Assembly: GCA_035541455.1 (NCBI GenBank)
Contig: DATKNH010000123.1
Coordinates: 10,701 to 74,700, forward strand
Length of the DNA: 64,000 nt
DNA from: Syntrophorhabdales bacterium
GTDB taxonomy: Bacteria > Desulfobacterota > Syntrophorhabdia > Syntrophorhabdales > WCHB1-27
Direction: 5' to 3'
The notes under the pieces are model-generated. The model ran no database searches. It was given only the letters and a program-made list of their open reading frames with translations, and was not told the origin of the DNA. Within the stretch, counting starts at the first letter, position 1; the number at the start of each line of letters is the position of its first letter. The position numbers and the translations under genes are program-made. Of the stretch, positions 63,578-64,000 are shown one piece after another.

Positions 63578-64000
63578 CTATCGCTTTATCGGCTGCAGGC
63601 CTTTCAGCCTGTCACTAAAACCGTTGATAATACCCGGAAGCCGCTCGGCCTGTGCGTCAATGGCCGTGACAACCTCGAGGCGTTCTTTACCCACCCCAAA
63701 AGAATCGAGAATCCTGTGGAGGAGATATATTCTCTTGCGCGCTTCCTGATTGCCGTCCTGGAAATGGCAATCTCCATCGGTGCACCCCAGCAGGAGAACT
63801 CCATCCGCTCCCTTGTGAAACGCGCCGAGGATATCCGTGGCATCCACCTTACCGATACAAGCTACAGGAATTAAGCTTTTCAAATTTGCCGCCGTATTGT
63901 CGGAGGCATAGCCCCAACCGAAACGACACGCAAAGCAGACGACGCCAGGTTCGTTCGCTATCTTTTCTTTCTCAATCGTGGAGAAGTCAAAAGAAAGCTC
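63578..64000 (-). CDS. mvhD: MvhD-type protein, 5' end beyond the window
   Basis: The frame stays open upstream of the ORF-track start. My hand translation gives ...VVCFACRFGWGYASD...IPVACIGKVD...GADGVLLLGCTDGDCHF. Confidence 0.75.
   Translation of the reverse strand, partial: ELSFDFSTIEKEKIANEPGVVCFACRFGWGYASDNTAANLKSLIPVACIGKVDATDILGAFHKGADGVLLLGCTDGDCHFQDGNQEARKRIYLLHRILDSFGVGKERLEVVTAIDAQAERLPGIINGFSDRLKGLQPIKR

Overview
Densely coding 64-kb chromosomal window. I count about 60 CDS and saw no rRNA, tRNA, CRISPR array or IS element by eye. Gene content points to a strictly anaerobic, deltaproteobacterium-like syntroph or sulfate-reducer type organism. In coordinate order: the tail of an RND efflux pump and yceI; an alpha-2-macroglobulin/pbpC pair; an orphan PAS histidine kinase; tandem ADP-glucose pyrophosphorylase paralogs; a Zn-ADH plus LsrF-like aldolase/thiolase pair; ileS-lspA; glgX; an orphan 534-aa protein; a TetR-controlled ABC-2/HlyD/outer-membrane-factor efflux operon; perR-dfx; sfsA; a methyltransferase and a C-N hydrolase; argS-lepB; TPR, lipoprotein and DUF362 genes; a PAS-receiver protein followed by a MoaD/ThiS-like gene; an orphan TRAP binding protein; a YedF/cysteine-desulfurase/DUF3343 selenium-sulfur trafficking trio; thiolase-crotonase-etfBA; and a 10-kb co-directional redox block (mvhD-G-A-protease, hdrCBA, flxDCBA-like) followed by an aberrant Cys-rich ArsC/LMW-PTP-fold gene. 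The least explained signals are non-coding. First, a recurrent sense-oriented intercistronic element (two GGGTCA/G-tract boxes plus an ATTGCG box at fixed spacing) occurs in three operon spacers, and two copies fit a canonical G-quadruplex pattern. Second, many spacers are built from locus-specific stuttered short repeats: heptamer arrays, purine-rich CGAGGA/GAAGCG words and hairpin-bearing tandem units. Third, the palindrome GGGTACCC appears intergenically enriched, and one spacer is unusually dense in palindromic hexamers. All functional calls rest on motif recognition from the translations. No database search was run.
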